NCBI GenBank assembly: GCA_002633005.1
Contig: NMRA01000901.1
Location: forward strand, 40,666-104,665
DNA: 64,000 bases
Reading direction: 5' to 3'
Origin: Phoronis australis
Taxonomy: Eukaryota > Animalia > Phoronida
Of this stretch, positions 26,301 through 41,300 are shown piece by piece. Position numbers and translations under genes: made by a program. A model generated the notes under the pieces. It worked only from the letters and a program-made list of their open reading frames with translations, was not told the DNA's origin and ran no database searches. The first letter of the stretch is position 1; each line of letters opens with the position of its first letter.

Positions 26301-29300
26301 ATGGGCTTCATCTGTTAGGAATTTGCAGCAAAGGCATGGTTTTGGTTTGGTATGGTACAGTCAGGCAGTTGGCTGCGAAGCATCGTGTATTGTCATTGTT
26401 AGCAGCGAATTAAATATTGTTTTTTACAAGGCTAGAGCTTTGCTGTGGAGATAGCTCAAAACTTAATACATATTTCTCATTTAAAATTGATTTTGAAATG
26501 GAATCCTATCTGTTGTGTGATATTCCATATATCTTTTTAGCAGCTATGGCTAAATTACGTTGCTCCAACCACAACTTGATGATAGAGAAAGGTAGACATA
26601 CTCTAGTGGACCAAAACTACCGTGTTTGTTGTTTCTGTGTGTCCCTAATTGAAGATGAATACAATGTTATATGTGTTTGTAAAATGAACTGCTCTCTGAG
26701 AACTGCATTTATACCTGAGTGGTGCTGGCGTGAACCAAATCAACATAAATTTGTAAAACTAATGAAAATGTCGGAGCCCATTGCTCAGATTAATGAATTT
26801 TGTATTTCACGCCACTGCTCTCAGGGAAAAGCTGCTCAGCGTTATCCTGTAAATTTTATGTAACATGTGGGCCAAGGCCTTAAATGTTGAAATACATGAA
26901 ATTGAAAACTGGAAATTGAAATTTGTAATTTAGGAGTGTGATACTTTGCTAGCCTACTTTGCAAGAAAATGTCGGAGTTGCGAATCGGTTGTCTATAATA
27001 TATGCTGCCGGTCATTGATGAAATAACAGTTGTGGACCCAGTGGTACAAATTCGATATTGGCAGCATGAATTGATGGACTTGTCATTCTTACATTTGTGC
27101 ATTTCTTTCTGTATGTGATGACATTCACATTTGGTCCCTCTTTAAACAACAGAATTGCCTTCTCTACTTCTCTGTCATTTTTGTCACTGCCACGTACCAG
27201 CAGTTGCACCAGTGGCAAATTTTTTAACATTACCCTTTCAAATTGTTTTCTCATGTGAATGAATTAAAAAATGTTGCATCCCCCCCGTTGTCTTGCTTGG
27301 GTACACTCTTTATGTTGCTCATTTGTTTGACAACTCAAGTTTGTAACACTCTGTGTAGCACCAGCTAGACTTGAGCATACCCGAACCTAAACAACCACTT
27401 TGTATGCTGTGTATCTGTCATTCGGCGACGTCTACTTAAACCTCGTGTTGATTTTATGGTTTTGTGAGCGTTTGCTCAATTACAAGAAAATCCTGCCCGG
27501 AATCTGTGTCTTCGTCTTACTATAGGGTTGTCGTTAAGAAAGATGCAGCAGACGTCCGAAAGGGTGTGTTCAAGCTGCTGCATCTGCTGCAAGTAAACAT
27601 GAATGTATTCAGATTTTGTGACCAGCGGCTGCAGAATAAGGCATTACTTTGGAAACTGTTTTAAGGTGAAGTTTCCAATCTGAAATTGTTTATGCTTTTA
27701 GAAAAAAATCAAAGGATGTCAACCATGTTCATATATTGTATCAATGTGTGAAGGCTTAACACGGACTACATATATTTTATTGCTTTTGTTGAAGTGGTCA
27801 TTGAGTTATAAAGTATTCACCATAAAGTGCTATCAATGTCAGCGTCAAAATTTCAGATTGTCAAGATGGGTATTACGGGGCAGATTGTCAGCAAGCCTGC
27901 GGCCATTGCATAAACAACACCATCTGTAATCCGTATACTGGTCACTGTCGCCATGGGTGTGCTCTCGAGTATATGACTTTCCCGTTCTGTAAGACAGGTT
28001 TGTAAACAGAAACTGCCAGCCTAATCACCAGAATTAATCGGTTATTATTGCGTACGACCCTGGAAACGTAATTTCTTAGAAATTCCAGATTGTATTCTTA
28101 TATTATGCTTTTTGTACCAGTTTCTAAAAATATTAGGGATTGCTGTTATAAGATTTTATAAACTCAAAATTTACATGAAATGAAAACAAAATGATCATTT
28201 TGAATACTTTAACAGTGTAGGTTTCATTTTTGTTAGATTTCACCAATTAATGACGGATCGATATCAAGTCAAAAATCAAATTCTACTGGCAATTACTTTA
28301 CGAAAGCGTTAAGTTGCACTTTCACTCAGTTAAAATGTATAATTTTGTACAACCATCTACACATTTGCCTAAATACACGTGACTTGTCCACAAGGTTCCA
28401 CATAAACTAAATTACAAGCGTATGAATGTACTGTAAATTAATCACCAAATGATAAGTATTGGAAGATTTAACGTTAGCTGGTGAGTTCAAGGAAGTACAC
28501 ATCCATCAAATACGTCTCAAAACTAATATCATTATGTAAACTAAACGACTCGACGGGGTGCATGCAAAATCTGAGTGTCGATTGACAATCACCTTGCCTG
28601 TTACATCTCTTACATGTAAGTGACAAACAATATAATAAATATCATGTTCGTGGCACCTACTCGAAAGAAACTGGTCTTTGATACCAAACTACCATTGCAA
28701 TAAAATCAACGTTTGTTCACTTAGAGGAAAATGAATGCACCTTAGCCACGAAGATGTTAAATGAAAAAAAGTACCCACTTGACATTGAAGTTTACAAGTT
28801 CAGACTTTTCAACATTGTAATATTAACGACTTCTGTTTCCTGATATTCCAAGCAGGAATCCGGAGCTCAAACCACTCATTTACATTGTCTCTGCTGTTAT
28901 ACGAGTATTGTCTTCAATGTCTACAGCGAAACGCATGTGTTACGTTGTAATTATGTTACTCATTACACAAAATGTGTAAACTTACATAGTGAGATCTGCC
29001 TGAAACTTCGGCAAATCATGAATAATACGAGCAATTACCAGTTAAAGAAACAGAAAATAGTAATACCTACTGTTGCATTAATATTTAACTGGCCTTTCTT
29101 TCGGAACTCGATCAATTATTTTAATTCAAAAGAACACTTTTTGGACGCTTTTTATAAATTTTCAAAAAAACGATTGATGCTCAGCCAGGGGGTGTTTCCG
29201 AAGACTCAGATTTCTTCCGTAGTTTGTTTCTAATGGAAAGGTGTAGGAAGCTGGGAGTGTGGGTGACGTTCTCTCTAATGCTGCATGGGTTTTTAGCGAA

Positions 29301-32300
29301 CTTCCTTGGCGTAAACGACCAACGACCAGGGAAAATTCATACTTTCCACCACAGATAGGCGACTAGTGGCCAAGCCACAATATCTTTAATTTGATAAAAC
29401 TAACTAGCGGCGTTTTCTATGAAAAATGAAGTAACTCTACTCACTGTACAGAGGGACAGACGACGGAAACGAAATGGTGGTACTCGCATATCTACCGGGA
29501 AGGCATTACTTAGCTAAAGTTACCGTTAAGATTGCGCCAGTTGTCTAAAACGGACACTTGAAATCGAGTCTCAGACCCCGCGAACGCACACACAAACTAA
29601 AACTCCACACATTGTCAAAAGTTGGTTCACCTGTGTAATGATAATTACCAGGATTAATTTATCAACTCAACATTTCCTTACGGCATTGCTGTTTTATTTT
29701 TGCTCTTACCAAGGGGGGGGGCTAAGTACGCCTATATGGGGAGTGCGTTTACGCATGTGAGCCCGTACACATGACATTCCCATCATGTGAACATGTTACA
29801 GTCGTAATATTTTGATTTTGGATGTGTGGGTCACATAATGCGCATGTAGAATAGAAAGAAAGTGATACGCACAATTGATCAATTTAAGTAAACATAAAAT
29901 TAATAAACACGGCAAAACATGTTGTAGTTTATTTTTTTCCTTTGCGGTCCTCAAAAAAGAATACAAATAAGTAGTTTTACAAAATACAATCTTGCTGCAG
30001 GAACACAGTTCCTTTGTAACATGTTTGCTAGCTTACCTACTGCAGATCTTAGGTCAGGACACCTGGTGCCAAAATGTGAACATTTAGTCAGAAATTCTGA
30101 GAATTATTCGATATTTCACGTTTGCAGTAACAGCCCTCTGTATCAGTACATCCGTCTACTTTTTTAGAAATTGCTAGACTCAAAGATCCACCAGCAGTCA
30201 TGTCAAGAACAAGGACAACTTTATCCGTTCGTTGGACAGCGTGGCGGAGTGAAACAGATCATGGCGTGGGACCGGTTGTAAAATACGTTATTGAGTACAA
30301 ACAAGACGGTGGTGGGGTTTGGAATTCCACGGAAGTTAATAACGTGGCAAATCAACCTACGTTCACTCACGATATCCCCAACACTGACCTGAGCCACGTG
30401 TACCTAGTGAGAATAAGGATAAAGGTTGCAGGTGGTCAGCTTGGGAACTCCAGTCCGGAAGTGGAAGCGTGTGGAGGTACAGTAAGCCTGGCTGTTTTTA
30501 TTAAGGAAATTTTAATAACTTATTATATTATATTATGCAACGAAATTTTCAAAATACAATTTTTCGAAAACCATTTTGTACCAGGCTTGTAAATCCTTGT
30601 AGACGTTTAGTAGCTACATGCAAATTAAGCCAATATATGTCTATGCATGCTAGGTACAGGTACATGCAGTGTACTCCATACTTACGTTACCAATACTATG
30701 TTTTGACTTTCAGAGCCACAAGCACCCGAACCAAGTCTGTCAATCACAGATGCCAACACAGTCGACATAAACTGGCCAGTAAGGTTTAACAGTTTCCAAA
30801 CATTGGGTTTGAAAAAAATGATTCCTGTTCGTTACCAGAAGTCCTTTTTCTTACTTCCTGTCGTCTTTGGGTATAGTCATTGTTTTTCTGCGAACTACCA
30901 CTGGCTTTTGTCTCACGTAATGGTTGTGACGAATACCTTCAGTAAGACTGGGTGTGTGTTTGGTAGACAATACCGAATACTTCGCGAGTTATTGCCAAGT
31001 ACGGCATTACAATAGGGGATTTGCAACGCCGCCATATTGGAAATGGGTCAGAATGTTGCATTGTGGTTAAGCTGGTAAACAAGTACGTCGGCAAGCGTGG
31101 GGGCGAACCGGCCACAGGGAGGTTATACGTGTTGTGTGCCTGGCATGCTATAATACCAGTTAGCGAAATAAAAAAATTAGTTACTACCTGTTTCCCAAGG
31201 ATCAAGAACTGCGTTAAACATGGGTCAGAGACATCGGTAGAGCTGGTAGCAAAGGCCGACTTCGTGAATTCTTTCCGACTTCGTAGCATAAAGTGTGCAG
31301 CGCTCATTTTGAGGGCGGCAAGAAAACGTATCTTAGAAACTGCCCAACAANAATGCGCAGGTAGAATAAAAAGAATGTGTAGAATAAAAAGAAAGTGATA
31401 CGCACAATTGATCAATTTAAGTAAAAATAAAATTAATAAACACGGCAAAACATGTTGTAGTTACATTTTTCCTTTGCGGTCCTCAAAAAAGAATACAAAT
31501 AAGTAGTTTTACAAAATACAATCTTGCTGCAGGAACAAAGTTCCTTTGTTACATGTTTGCTAGCTTACCTACTGCAGATCTTAGGTCAGGACACCTAGTG
31601 CCAAAATGGGAACATTTAGTCAGAAATTTGAGAATTATTCTATATTTCACGTTTGCAGTTACAGCCCTCTGTATCAGTACAGCCGTCTACTTTTATAGAA
31701 ATTGCCAGACTCAAAGATCCACCAGCAGTCATGTCAAGAACAAGGACAACTTTATCCGTTCGTTGGACAGCGTGGCGGAGTGGAACAGATCATGGCGTGG
31801 GACCGGTTGTAAAATACGTTATTGAGTACAAACAAGACGGTAGTGGGGTTTGGAATTCCACGGAAGTTAATAACGTGGCACATCAACCTACGTTTACTCA
31901 CGATATCCCCAACACTGACCTGAGCCACGTGTACCTAGTGAGAATACGGATAAAGGTTGCAGGTGATCTTCTTGGGAACTCCAGTCCGGAAATTGAAGCG
32001 TGTGGAGGTACAGTAAGCCTGGCTGTTTTTATAAGGGGAATTTTAATAACTATTATTTATTTATGTAGCGAAGTTTTCTAAATACAATTTTTCGAAAACC
32101 ATTTTGTCACCAGGTATGTAAATCCTTTGTAGCCGTTTAGTGACTACATGCAAATTAAGCCAGTGTCAGTCTGTGCATGCTAGGTACAGGTACATGCAGT
32201 GTACTCCATACCTACGTTACAATTACTATGTTTTGACTTTCAGAGCCTCAAGCACCCGAACCATATTTGTCAAACACAGATGCCAACACAGTCGACATAA

Positions 32301-35300
32301 AGTGGCCAGTAAGGTTTAACTGTTTCCAAATATTAAATACAATGTTAAACATTGGGTTTGAAAAAACGATGCCTGTTCATTACCCGAAGTCTTTTTTTTC
32401 TTGCTGCCTGTCGTCTTCGGGTATAGTTATTGTTTGGTTGCGAACCACCACTGGCTTTTGTCTCACGTATTGGTTAAGGCTAATACCTTCAGTAAGGATG
32501 GGTGTGTGTTTGGTAGACAATACCCAATACTTCGCGAGATATTGCCACGTACGGCATTACAATTAAATCACGTGATCACATGTGTTCACCGGCTTTGCAA
32601 GAGCCTAGAGTCTGAGGATCTCATCCTGTTATGAAATGGATTGCGAATTGTGTACCCTAGAAATGTCATGTGTATGGACGTCGGTAAAATGGCGAATACA
32701 TGAATCATCAGCTCCAGCAACCTAGTGAATTGCGAGAGAAGGTATTAATTACACGATTAGTGCTGGTTGTTTCATGTTTATTCCTTTATTATCTGATCGC
32801 CTAACTTCTGGAGATTCCGATTGGTTTGATTTTTTCCAAGAGTAATCTGTTTCTGACTATTCTAATATCAACATTTTTAAGGGTCCTAGTTCAACAGCAA
32901 CAGACTTATATTCGGTATATGACGACTGGTTAGTTGTCGAGTTATTTCAATGTTTAGGAAGCAGCCTATATTTTGTTGACTTGTTCAGCTACATTGTTTA
33001 ACTGCTCAATTGTACAACATTCAGGAAGCTGAGTGGAGCTGTGGTACACCGGGGTGGTATGTAGTGGAGTACAAGAACGGAACAGACACCACGTGGGAAA
33101 CAACCTCCAACATTACATCGAATGATACGTCATTCTACACGACAGCCTGCATCACCTGGCGAGTACGAGTCAGGACCTTCAATAAGCACATGTCTAGCCT
33201 GTCCTGCGAAAAGAACATCATCAGCCAAAATAAAGGTTATTATCATGCGCAGGGTGATCCTGGTTGAAAAATCAAGCATGTCCTTGATGAGAATATGCGC
33301 ATTACTGACGGCATTTTGTTTGTATTGAAATGTTCATTTTGTAATCAGGCATTTTGCTAACCCTCAGACGTGTGTTTAAGTTGCGTCACTACGGCCTCTT
33401 CTTGTGCTTTTTAGTAGAATGAAAACGGAAAAACGATTAGTACTTTCCATTCTTGTCTTTTCGTTATAGGATTCTATTTCTACATTCAAAAGAACATCAA
33501 AACCGATTCCAACTATTAGGAGTTGGAAAACATTAAAATTGCTAATTTGAAATGACTTACGTAGTCAGTGCATAAGGTTTGAGTAGGTATGGAAATACTA
33601 TCCTGTGACGGCCAGTAATGTTTTGACATTGATTTTACGACAGAAAATGCCAGATTAGCTGGCCTCTTTTCATCAGCAAACAGGGCAAATTGGAGCGTAA
33701 TTGTTATGTAGAACCCAACGCTCCGTGTGCATTGTATGTTTTAAGCATGGTTCTCTGTTAATACAATGATAGGAATTGTTTTTAACATGTTCCACCAATG
33801 AAAATAATACTTTGAACATAAAAGCTGCATAAAACGACACGAAATGATAATTAATGACAAATCGTTTTCAACAGTCAAAAAAAGTTCTACTAGTTTTAAA
33901 ATTTCAGAAGTACAGACTTCCAATAAGATTATAAATACATATTTTTTCAGACATTTCATTAAGGTTCGAAATATTTCTTCAATTGGTTTCCCATGGACAT
34001 AACCGTTCAAAATTAACAATGATATATGAAAGCGTGTTTTGTAAATCAGTGCATTGATATCGCTTAAGTAATATTGATCATTCGTAATACAGTCATATGT
34101 TTGTCATATCAAATGACTTATTGTTATAGCTTGAAACTTGAGAGAGATCTTTTCGCACTTACATGTAACTAATGGTCATGCGATATGGGACGAATATATG
34201 ACCTGTGTATGAAAACTTATTATTTCCTATACATATATTTTTACGGTTGGTCAGTGCATCACCTGTGACCTCATGGATATGCATGTAAGTCTGTGGCCGG
34301 TTGCATCAAACAGTCTCACTCAACTAAGTTCCCTAAATCTACTGCGTATTTGTGGGCGTGTGGAAACACGTATTGTCCTATCTTACATATCTTCAGTACC
34401 AAAACTATGCCAGTTTTTGGCTTTGATACAAGTGAGCTCTTGATTGAATTTTCAATATTATTGAAAATAAGTAGGGGTCTTTTCATGCAACGACCCTAAG
34501 ACTAAGTCTCTCATTATTTCGATTGCATTAGGGGCTCATTGTTTTGTTATAATAGTAAAAAAATGTCATTAGTTAAAGAAGAGCTCATGATATACTAGTA
34601 TAGAAAAAAGATTACGTCTTTGCCTAAAACACAAAAAATTGCTGAAAAGATTCATAAGGTCACGTCAGGGTCGCTGATTGTGTTTAACAAACTTAAAATG
34701 CTGTCGATTTACACGTCCAAGCCGATTTAAGAATTATGTAGTGATGGAGGCTAATAGCTATTAGTTTAACAAAAAGGGGACAATACAACTAGTGGGTCAA
34801 AGTGAATTATCGTTTTTTACACCAGTATATATTTTACAAAAATCAAGCGTTTTGAAATTGTTGAAAGGAGTTGATTGTTACTATATATTTAATTCAAGAA
34901 CTCATGAATCAATCATTCAAGTAACCAATTAATCAAATAACCAATCAATTTCACATGGACATTGTGAAGTTTAATCATGTAGACCTGTGAATGCGTATAC
35001 AATTACCTCAGTTTGTTTTGCATCCATTCCTTCAGTCAGAGGATCATATGAGATTCAAGACTCTATACGTATTACATAATAGTGTGCTCTTTTCTAGCAC
35101 CATCTCAAGTACAGGATCTGGTTATTGAGACTGGCAGCGTCACCAGCACTTCACTAACCGTTATATGGAAGAAGCCCGAAAGTAATGGGTGTCCCATTGA
35201 AGGATATCGGCTCACTTATAGACTCATCGAAGTGTTGCAGTGCACAGTCGGACACAGTGAAGATGAAGTCACGGAAATTCTTCACACGACAAGAAAGGGT

Positions 35301-38300
35301 ATCACGGGTCTCAAGCCAAACTCAAAATACGCGATAAAGGTTGCTGCTAAAACAAAGTTTATGGGTGAAGAAAGGTTGATATACGGAAATACACTTGAAG
35401 ATGGTGAGTGCGACTATCGATAGCTCGATCTCACTGTCAGAATTTTTGCACATGGTGTGAGACCAATAATCATTACTTTTAAGCAAGGAATAGGTCATTT
35501 ACACAGATTTTGCATCGGATTTAAACGAGAAATTTTTGCAAAAAAAGGTATCAAACGTTTTTGAATAACAGACTGGCCATCAGTGTCGATAACATGTGGG
35601 AGAAAAAAAAACGACTGCGGCTTTTCCCCCGTTCGAATTTTGAACCTTTGCAACTGTCATTGGTGTCTCATGTTTTGGTCGTCGAATGTTGGAAGCTTTG
35701 AAGTTAAGTTTGATCAATGGTGATGTAGCTCTTGTGGACTTACATGTGTGTAAGCCTCACCCCTACTCATCTGGAATGTTCATCCCTTCATGCTCGTCGT
35801 CATTGTGGTATATTATAAACGTCGCTTAAATTCATTGTTTCTTCTAGTAACAAATAAATAGAGTGACAAGTCTCTTCTGATGGAAGTTAAAATAGCCCTC
35901 AATTGCTACTCTTGTTGTCCCTCTCAGGTAGGGTCTTAGCTAATTAAACTTCTTAGCGTCAGGATTTCCCTTGTAGCTGATCAAGACATCGAATAACGAC
36001 TTCCACGATAGATAGTGAAAGGAATCCCCTTTAGTAGAAATTCCTGTAAGTGGGGCAGGTATCCTGCTAGCTTGGATTTGATTAAGATTGGATTGGGCTA
36101 ATTCTACCACATTGGTCGATGTTTGGAGGTTGGGGGAGAATAGCCGATGATTGTAATAATGGGTTGTCATGTAAGCTTATCTCGGCAATGGCATTCAGAC
36201 TCACTTTGACTCTCGAAAGGCTGTTTTTCAAACGGATGGCCTCACTTCATCACGATGTTCAGTGTCGATTTCTTGAAAACCCAATTCTTTCTTTCAAGAG
36301 CTTTTCTGGAAAAGATATAACTAGATTAACTATGATTACTTACAAAGCTAAATCCTGACCTTGACGAGCGCCTGCTTCTTCGCGTCTCGCTCTCTATCTT
36401 TGCGACGTAAAGTTTGCCTACAAGAACAAGATGTGTAGATTTTATGTCACTTGCCTTTACTAACTGTTTTACGGTCAGATCCTAGAATGAGATTAGTTTT
36501 TCTAAAGCCTGTGCAAGATTAGTTCTAACGTCAATCAACAATACAGTGTTATCAGACTCACCTAGTACCTCCTCAACATGCGACGCAAAATCGTAGAATT
36601 TAAAAACACCTATTTAAAAACAGTTGACTAATAGACTTTTCAAATAAATTGCAATAACTGTGAAAAAGTTACAGTATGTATACCAGTACTATCGACGAGA
36701 TGTTCGCAAGTATTCGTAAACATATCTTCTAAAACAGCAAATTGATATCAAACAGCTGGTTATTTAAAATGACTTATTCTTATTAAAATGACATAGGCAA
36801 AAATTGAATTCCAGGCCTCAAAAGCGAGGCCCCCTACAGTGTATATTAATATAGAAGGCCCCGCTCTCCGACAGCCTTTCGGAGGCTAATGACGAAATCA
36901 GTATTATTGAGAGTTACCAACAGGAGACGATAAGTGCCAACCAGAACAGCATGTTTTACTTTGTTCAAGAATCTGGTGTCCTGGCTCATCTAAAATAATT
37001 TGTGGACGGCAGTTTACGTACAAAGCGCTAGTTTTGGTGAGCTTTTTCATTTTCAATATAAAGGCTTGATGTCCGTCTGGTGAGATAATGTGGCCAATGT
37101 CACAGTAATCCAAAAATGTAGCCGATTTGGAGCGCATTTCGGTGATTTACGATCCAGTGGGTATTTACTCTCACCGCTGTTGCTGCGCCGGGTCTCAAAG
37201 TTACAAACACAACAACAATAGCTCAATATTTTCGTGGAAAAGGCCAGACTGCGGCTTCCGAAACGAAATAATCACACATTTTATCTACAAAACCACTTCT
37301 CAAAGAGAATTAAACTTTGCTTTGGTTAATAGCACTGTAAGCTCGAATCTTCAGGAGCCAGTGTCCCTAGAAATGTGGATAATTTATGTCGTTGCCATAA
37401 CGGCATGCACTCAAGTGGGCTGCGAACCGAGAAATTACTCTCATTTTTTCTACCTCAGAGGTGTAGTTTGGAGCTGCAGGTGAAAAAATTGACAACGAAA
37501 TGTGTGTAAATTGGTGCCCTTCTCAAGGAGATGGGTGTCAAGTTGAAGGTTGCGTATGGAATCGTGCTTCTTTGAACGGTTTTGCCAGCTGCCCCCCGAG
37601 AGGTTTGGGGTGCACACTTCTGTGGTTCTGTTTTCAAATGATAACGCTTTCCTTCATTTCCCGAATAAGCGTTTCTTATTTTTTGCTGCTGCTGTTTCCA
37701 CAGTGTGTATTTTCAGTGCGGAACATGTAGTCTTACTCGATTTTATGTATCTCACGTAACACGTAATATTCAATTATCTTTCCTTGGCTTCCTGCATCAC
37801 ATTTTCGGTTTTGTAGCACCGTCAGGAGCTCCTCAACACGCAAATGTGATTGTTACACAGAGTACGTCACTGTCCTTTTCGTGGAGGGAAGTGGAATGTC
37901 TTAAACAAAATGGGAACGTCAGCATCTACAGGTATCAAATACGTAACAGCCACGGTCCATGCGTTGTGGCCAGTGACTCTGTCAATGAAACGGAAAGTCG
38001 AGACGTTACTTTCGTCACGCTAAAACCTTACACTACGTATGAGTTGAGAGTTCAGGCGATGGTAGGAAAGCTGGCTGGTCCGTGGACGGTTTGGACTAGC
38101 GCGACAACTAACCAAAGTGGTAAGTAGGAATGTCGTCAGTTGGCTGCATAATGTTATGCAAAATTTCACGCTACATAGCGCTGTGGAATGTACCATCCGC
38201 AATTCGTAATTCGAATGTTCGTCGATTTCCTTTAATAAACGAGTGCAAACATGTACCTGTAATAATCCGGTTCTTGAGCACGCATTTTTTGTTGATTCCT

Positions 38301-41300
38301 CAAAACTTTTGCAAGATGCAAAGGGTTGAACATTAAACACTCTTGAGTTTGTGTTTTTGAAATTTCACGCACATAATTCTTTACCAATGTTCTTCTTTTT
38401 TGACCTTGAGACACCAAATTGAATACGTGGCATTTACTGCATTAGGTTAGATCTTTCAATGTGGTTGATTCAGTTGGACATTTTGATAACAGTTTTTAAT
38501 TACAGAACTAACTGAGGACATAAGCACAGGATTGCAAGCTCATTGTTTGCGTTTACGCCGTGACAAATGCCTGTACACTGTTTATATGGATGTTATCGTT
38601 CAAACAAGAAATCCAAAATATTCAATCCTACCTGCTCTTTCTTAAATTTTCTGACTGAGTATATTGTATATAAACTCATCATGATGATTCAGTCAACTGT
38701 GTGCCATTTTCTTAATAACCAATAATTCCAAGGTGGCCCTCTTCAAGCCTTGAACTTCAAATGTCGTGGATTTGCCCTGTACATAAAACGCAACATGTTT
38801 ATGGAATTTTATGTGGGTAAGCTTAAAACTGCGGGAATTAGAAGCTGTTGAATATTGGGACGTGTTTTGGTGTAAATCATATCTAATCATCATGCGATAT
38901 CGGTGGTAGTGGAAGGATTTAAGAAACGCAGCTTCTTTCGTTTCATAGTACTCAAGCCTTTGATAGATTGACGTAGATCTCTGCTGTAACACGGGAACGA
39001 CACCGTTGCCGTTATTTAAGTATTTTGAAACATTTTATTTTGAAGATAATTTGTCGATTTCATAAACATTTCATATTCTTCGGACCAGAATTGCGTCGTA
39101 CATAGCAAATGTTAGCTGAACTTTATCCATTCGGCTTCCTCATACCGGTGTATTTGTAACTTGGAATAGTTCACCGAGAACCAGTCACGTGTCATAGCCA
39201 GTTTACCTGATGGAATCAGCCCGAGGCATAATGCTCAGCCCGTGAGCGTGCGGAACGTGTAAATAAATATCGATTTTTTGCATGCTTTCTTAAGTCAACT
39301 TGTTGGATACAGGGATATGATTGTAAATTTAAAATCGCAGTCTCCGTGACTGAGCAATATTACCTGGGCTGGGTTGCATAGTAAAATTTCTACACTGATT
39401 TGCTGACACGAAGGGCATGAACTCTGTATATTCCCCCTCCCCATGCCTCCGAGATCATTGCCAAGACCTTATATTCTTCCCTCGCGATGTCCCTCCAGCC
39501 CGATGTTCTCTACGTTTCAAGAGCGATACTTTGCACGATGGGGTGAACTGGAGGTACGTTTTTCGTGGTCCGATCTTGACCGATTTCTTCCGTCCGGTTA
39601 CTACCTGTTGTAAGTTAAAGACGTTTTTGATCTGTGCTGAGTGATGTGGTGGCGAATGCTCTTTTTTCCACGAAATAAAAGGACTAGTTGCCAACCAAAG
39701 GTATTGTATCTAGAACAAAAAATAACTTAGATTTAAAGTTTGGACATCACCACAAATTTTAATGCTAATTTTGCATGAACTATTTTGTGACTTCTGGATT
39801 TTTCTAAGTTCGCCACAAACAAACTGAAGTCTAATGAGTTGCAGGGTACCAAGTCAAGCACTGAAAAGAATTTTGTCACTCAGTGTCAACTGGTTACCCA
39901 CAGACCAAAAGTCAGTTTGTCTGGCAAGACAACATAAGTGGTACCTTTTTCGTTCTAGTTCCAACAGACCCAAAAAGCGTTGTGGTCATCGAGCGTTCAC
40001 CAGGATCTGTAACCCTATCATGGTCTGCTCCGTGTCCCCCGAGAGGTTTGATTGTCGGGTACATGGTCCAGTACCGATCCCTTAATCGATCGGAGCCTGC
40101 CTTGACATCTGTTTGTAACAACTGCACCCAGATGTCTCTTAAGAACCTTCACTCTCACGAACTATATGAGTTCAAGGTAAGCACTTTTCATTTTAATTCC
40201 TTACACAAAGACAGAGGCGGATCATGGACATTGAGTAGGGAGAACGGGGTGGGGCAGGGCAGGTTGTGAACAAGTATTTTGCTCGTCAGATTGTCACGCC
40301 CCCGAACTGCCAAATAGAATAAAGGATGATTTTATTGTGGGGGCATTGCATTATAAATCCACCACTGAAAGGTACCCTAGTTTAGGGTGTTTGAGAACGC
40401 TTTTCTACCAGTTAAACAAATAAAAGTTCAACCCAACGGCAACCAATTTGAACTTTAAACCATTCTTTACATCATGTAGCAAATTCGTTGGTAACGAGTT
40501 TCAGGTTGAAACCTCGAAACGTTTAATGCTTCACATGTCATTTCACACATTTGTTCATAACTTGTTATGGCAAATTTGTTCGTCTTGCATATTGTATGAA
40601 AAGCTGAATTTCTCGATCAACTTCCTCCATCAGGAATGGATTTTCGTGTAAACTTAAAGTACATGAACAAAGTCTATATCCAATATGAACTAAAAATGTG
40701 ATTCTTATAATATTTGTGACACCCTGATAGGCCCAGTGGCTAGTACAGCATCCACGAAGTGTAATATTTAAAACGCACTGTGTTTGGTTGGTATGTGTAT
40801 TTTTCTTTGTTGGTGTTCTATTTCAAATATGATAACTGTCATATGAAGAGATTCGTTTGACAATCGTATACATTGCAAATTGACTTTGGATTTTGTATTT
40901 TAAAAAGGTCCTTTTTGAAGTGAGAATTCAGATGAGAGACGTCGGAATACCCCCTGTTAGAAACCAAAGGTGCCTGCATCAGAAAAATTAAGCAAAACTC
41001 AGGCGGTAATCAACAAGTACTTTTGGCATACAAGTTTTCCAAGTGAAAACTCTGCTATCTTGCGCTTCCGTATTCAACGTTATCATAGGTAAATTGTCTA
41101 ACTTTGTTAGAAATGAGGACCTGAATTTCTCAATTTCTGTGTGATGATGTGTGTTTGTTTTCATTCCAGGTTAAAGCGAAGACAATTGACTGGGGGGAAT
41201 GGAGTTCTTCTATCTTCGAGAAAACAAATATCGGTGAGAATGTCTGTTAATTCCTGTGAAGCAGAGCCTCACACAATCAATGTTATATTTCCTGTTGCCT

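Larger units (their letters stand above)
29837..32563 (+). repeat. ~1.2-kb segment present twice (A 29837-31013, B 31352-32563), separated by a transposon end and an N gap at 31351
   Basis: Near-identical intron and exon sequence in both copies; single n at 31351. Confidence 0.9.

Noticed and set aside
30939-31448. ORFs of 169 and 125 aa spanning position 31351
   Set aside because: They cross the N gap and are off-frame readings of the THAP transposon end.
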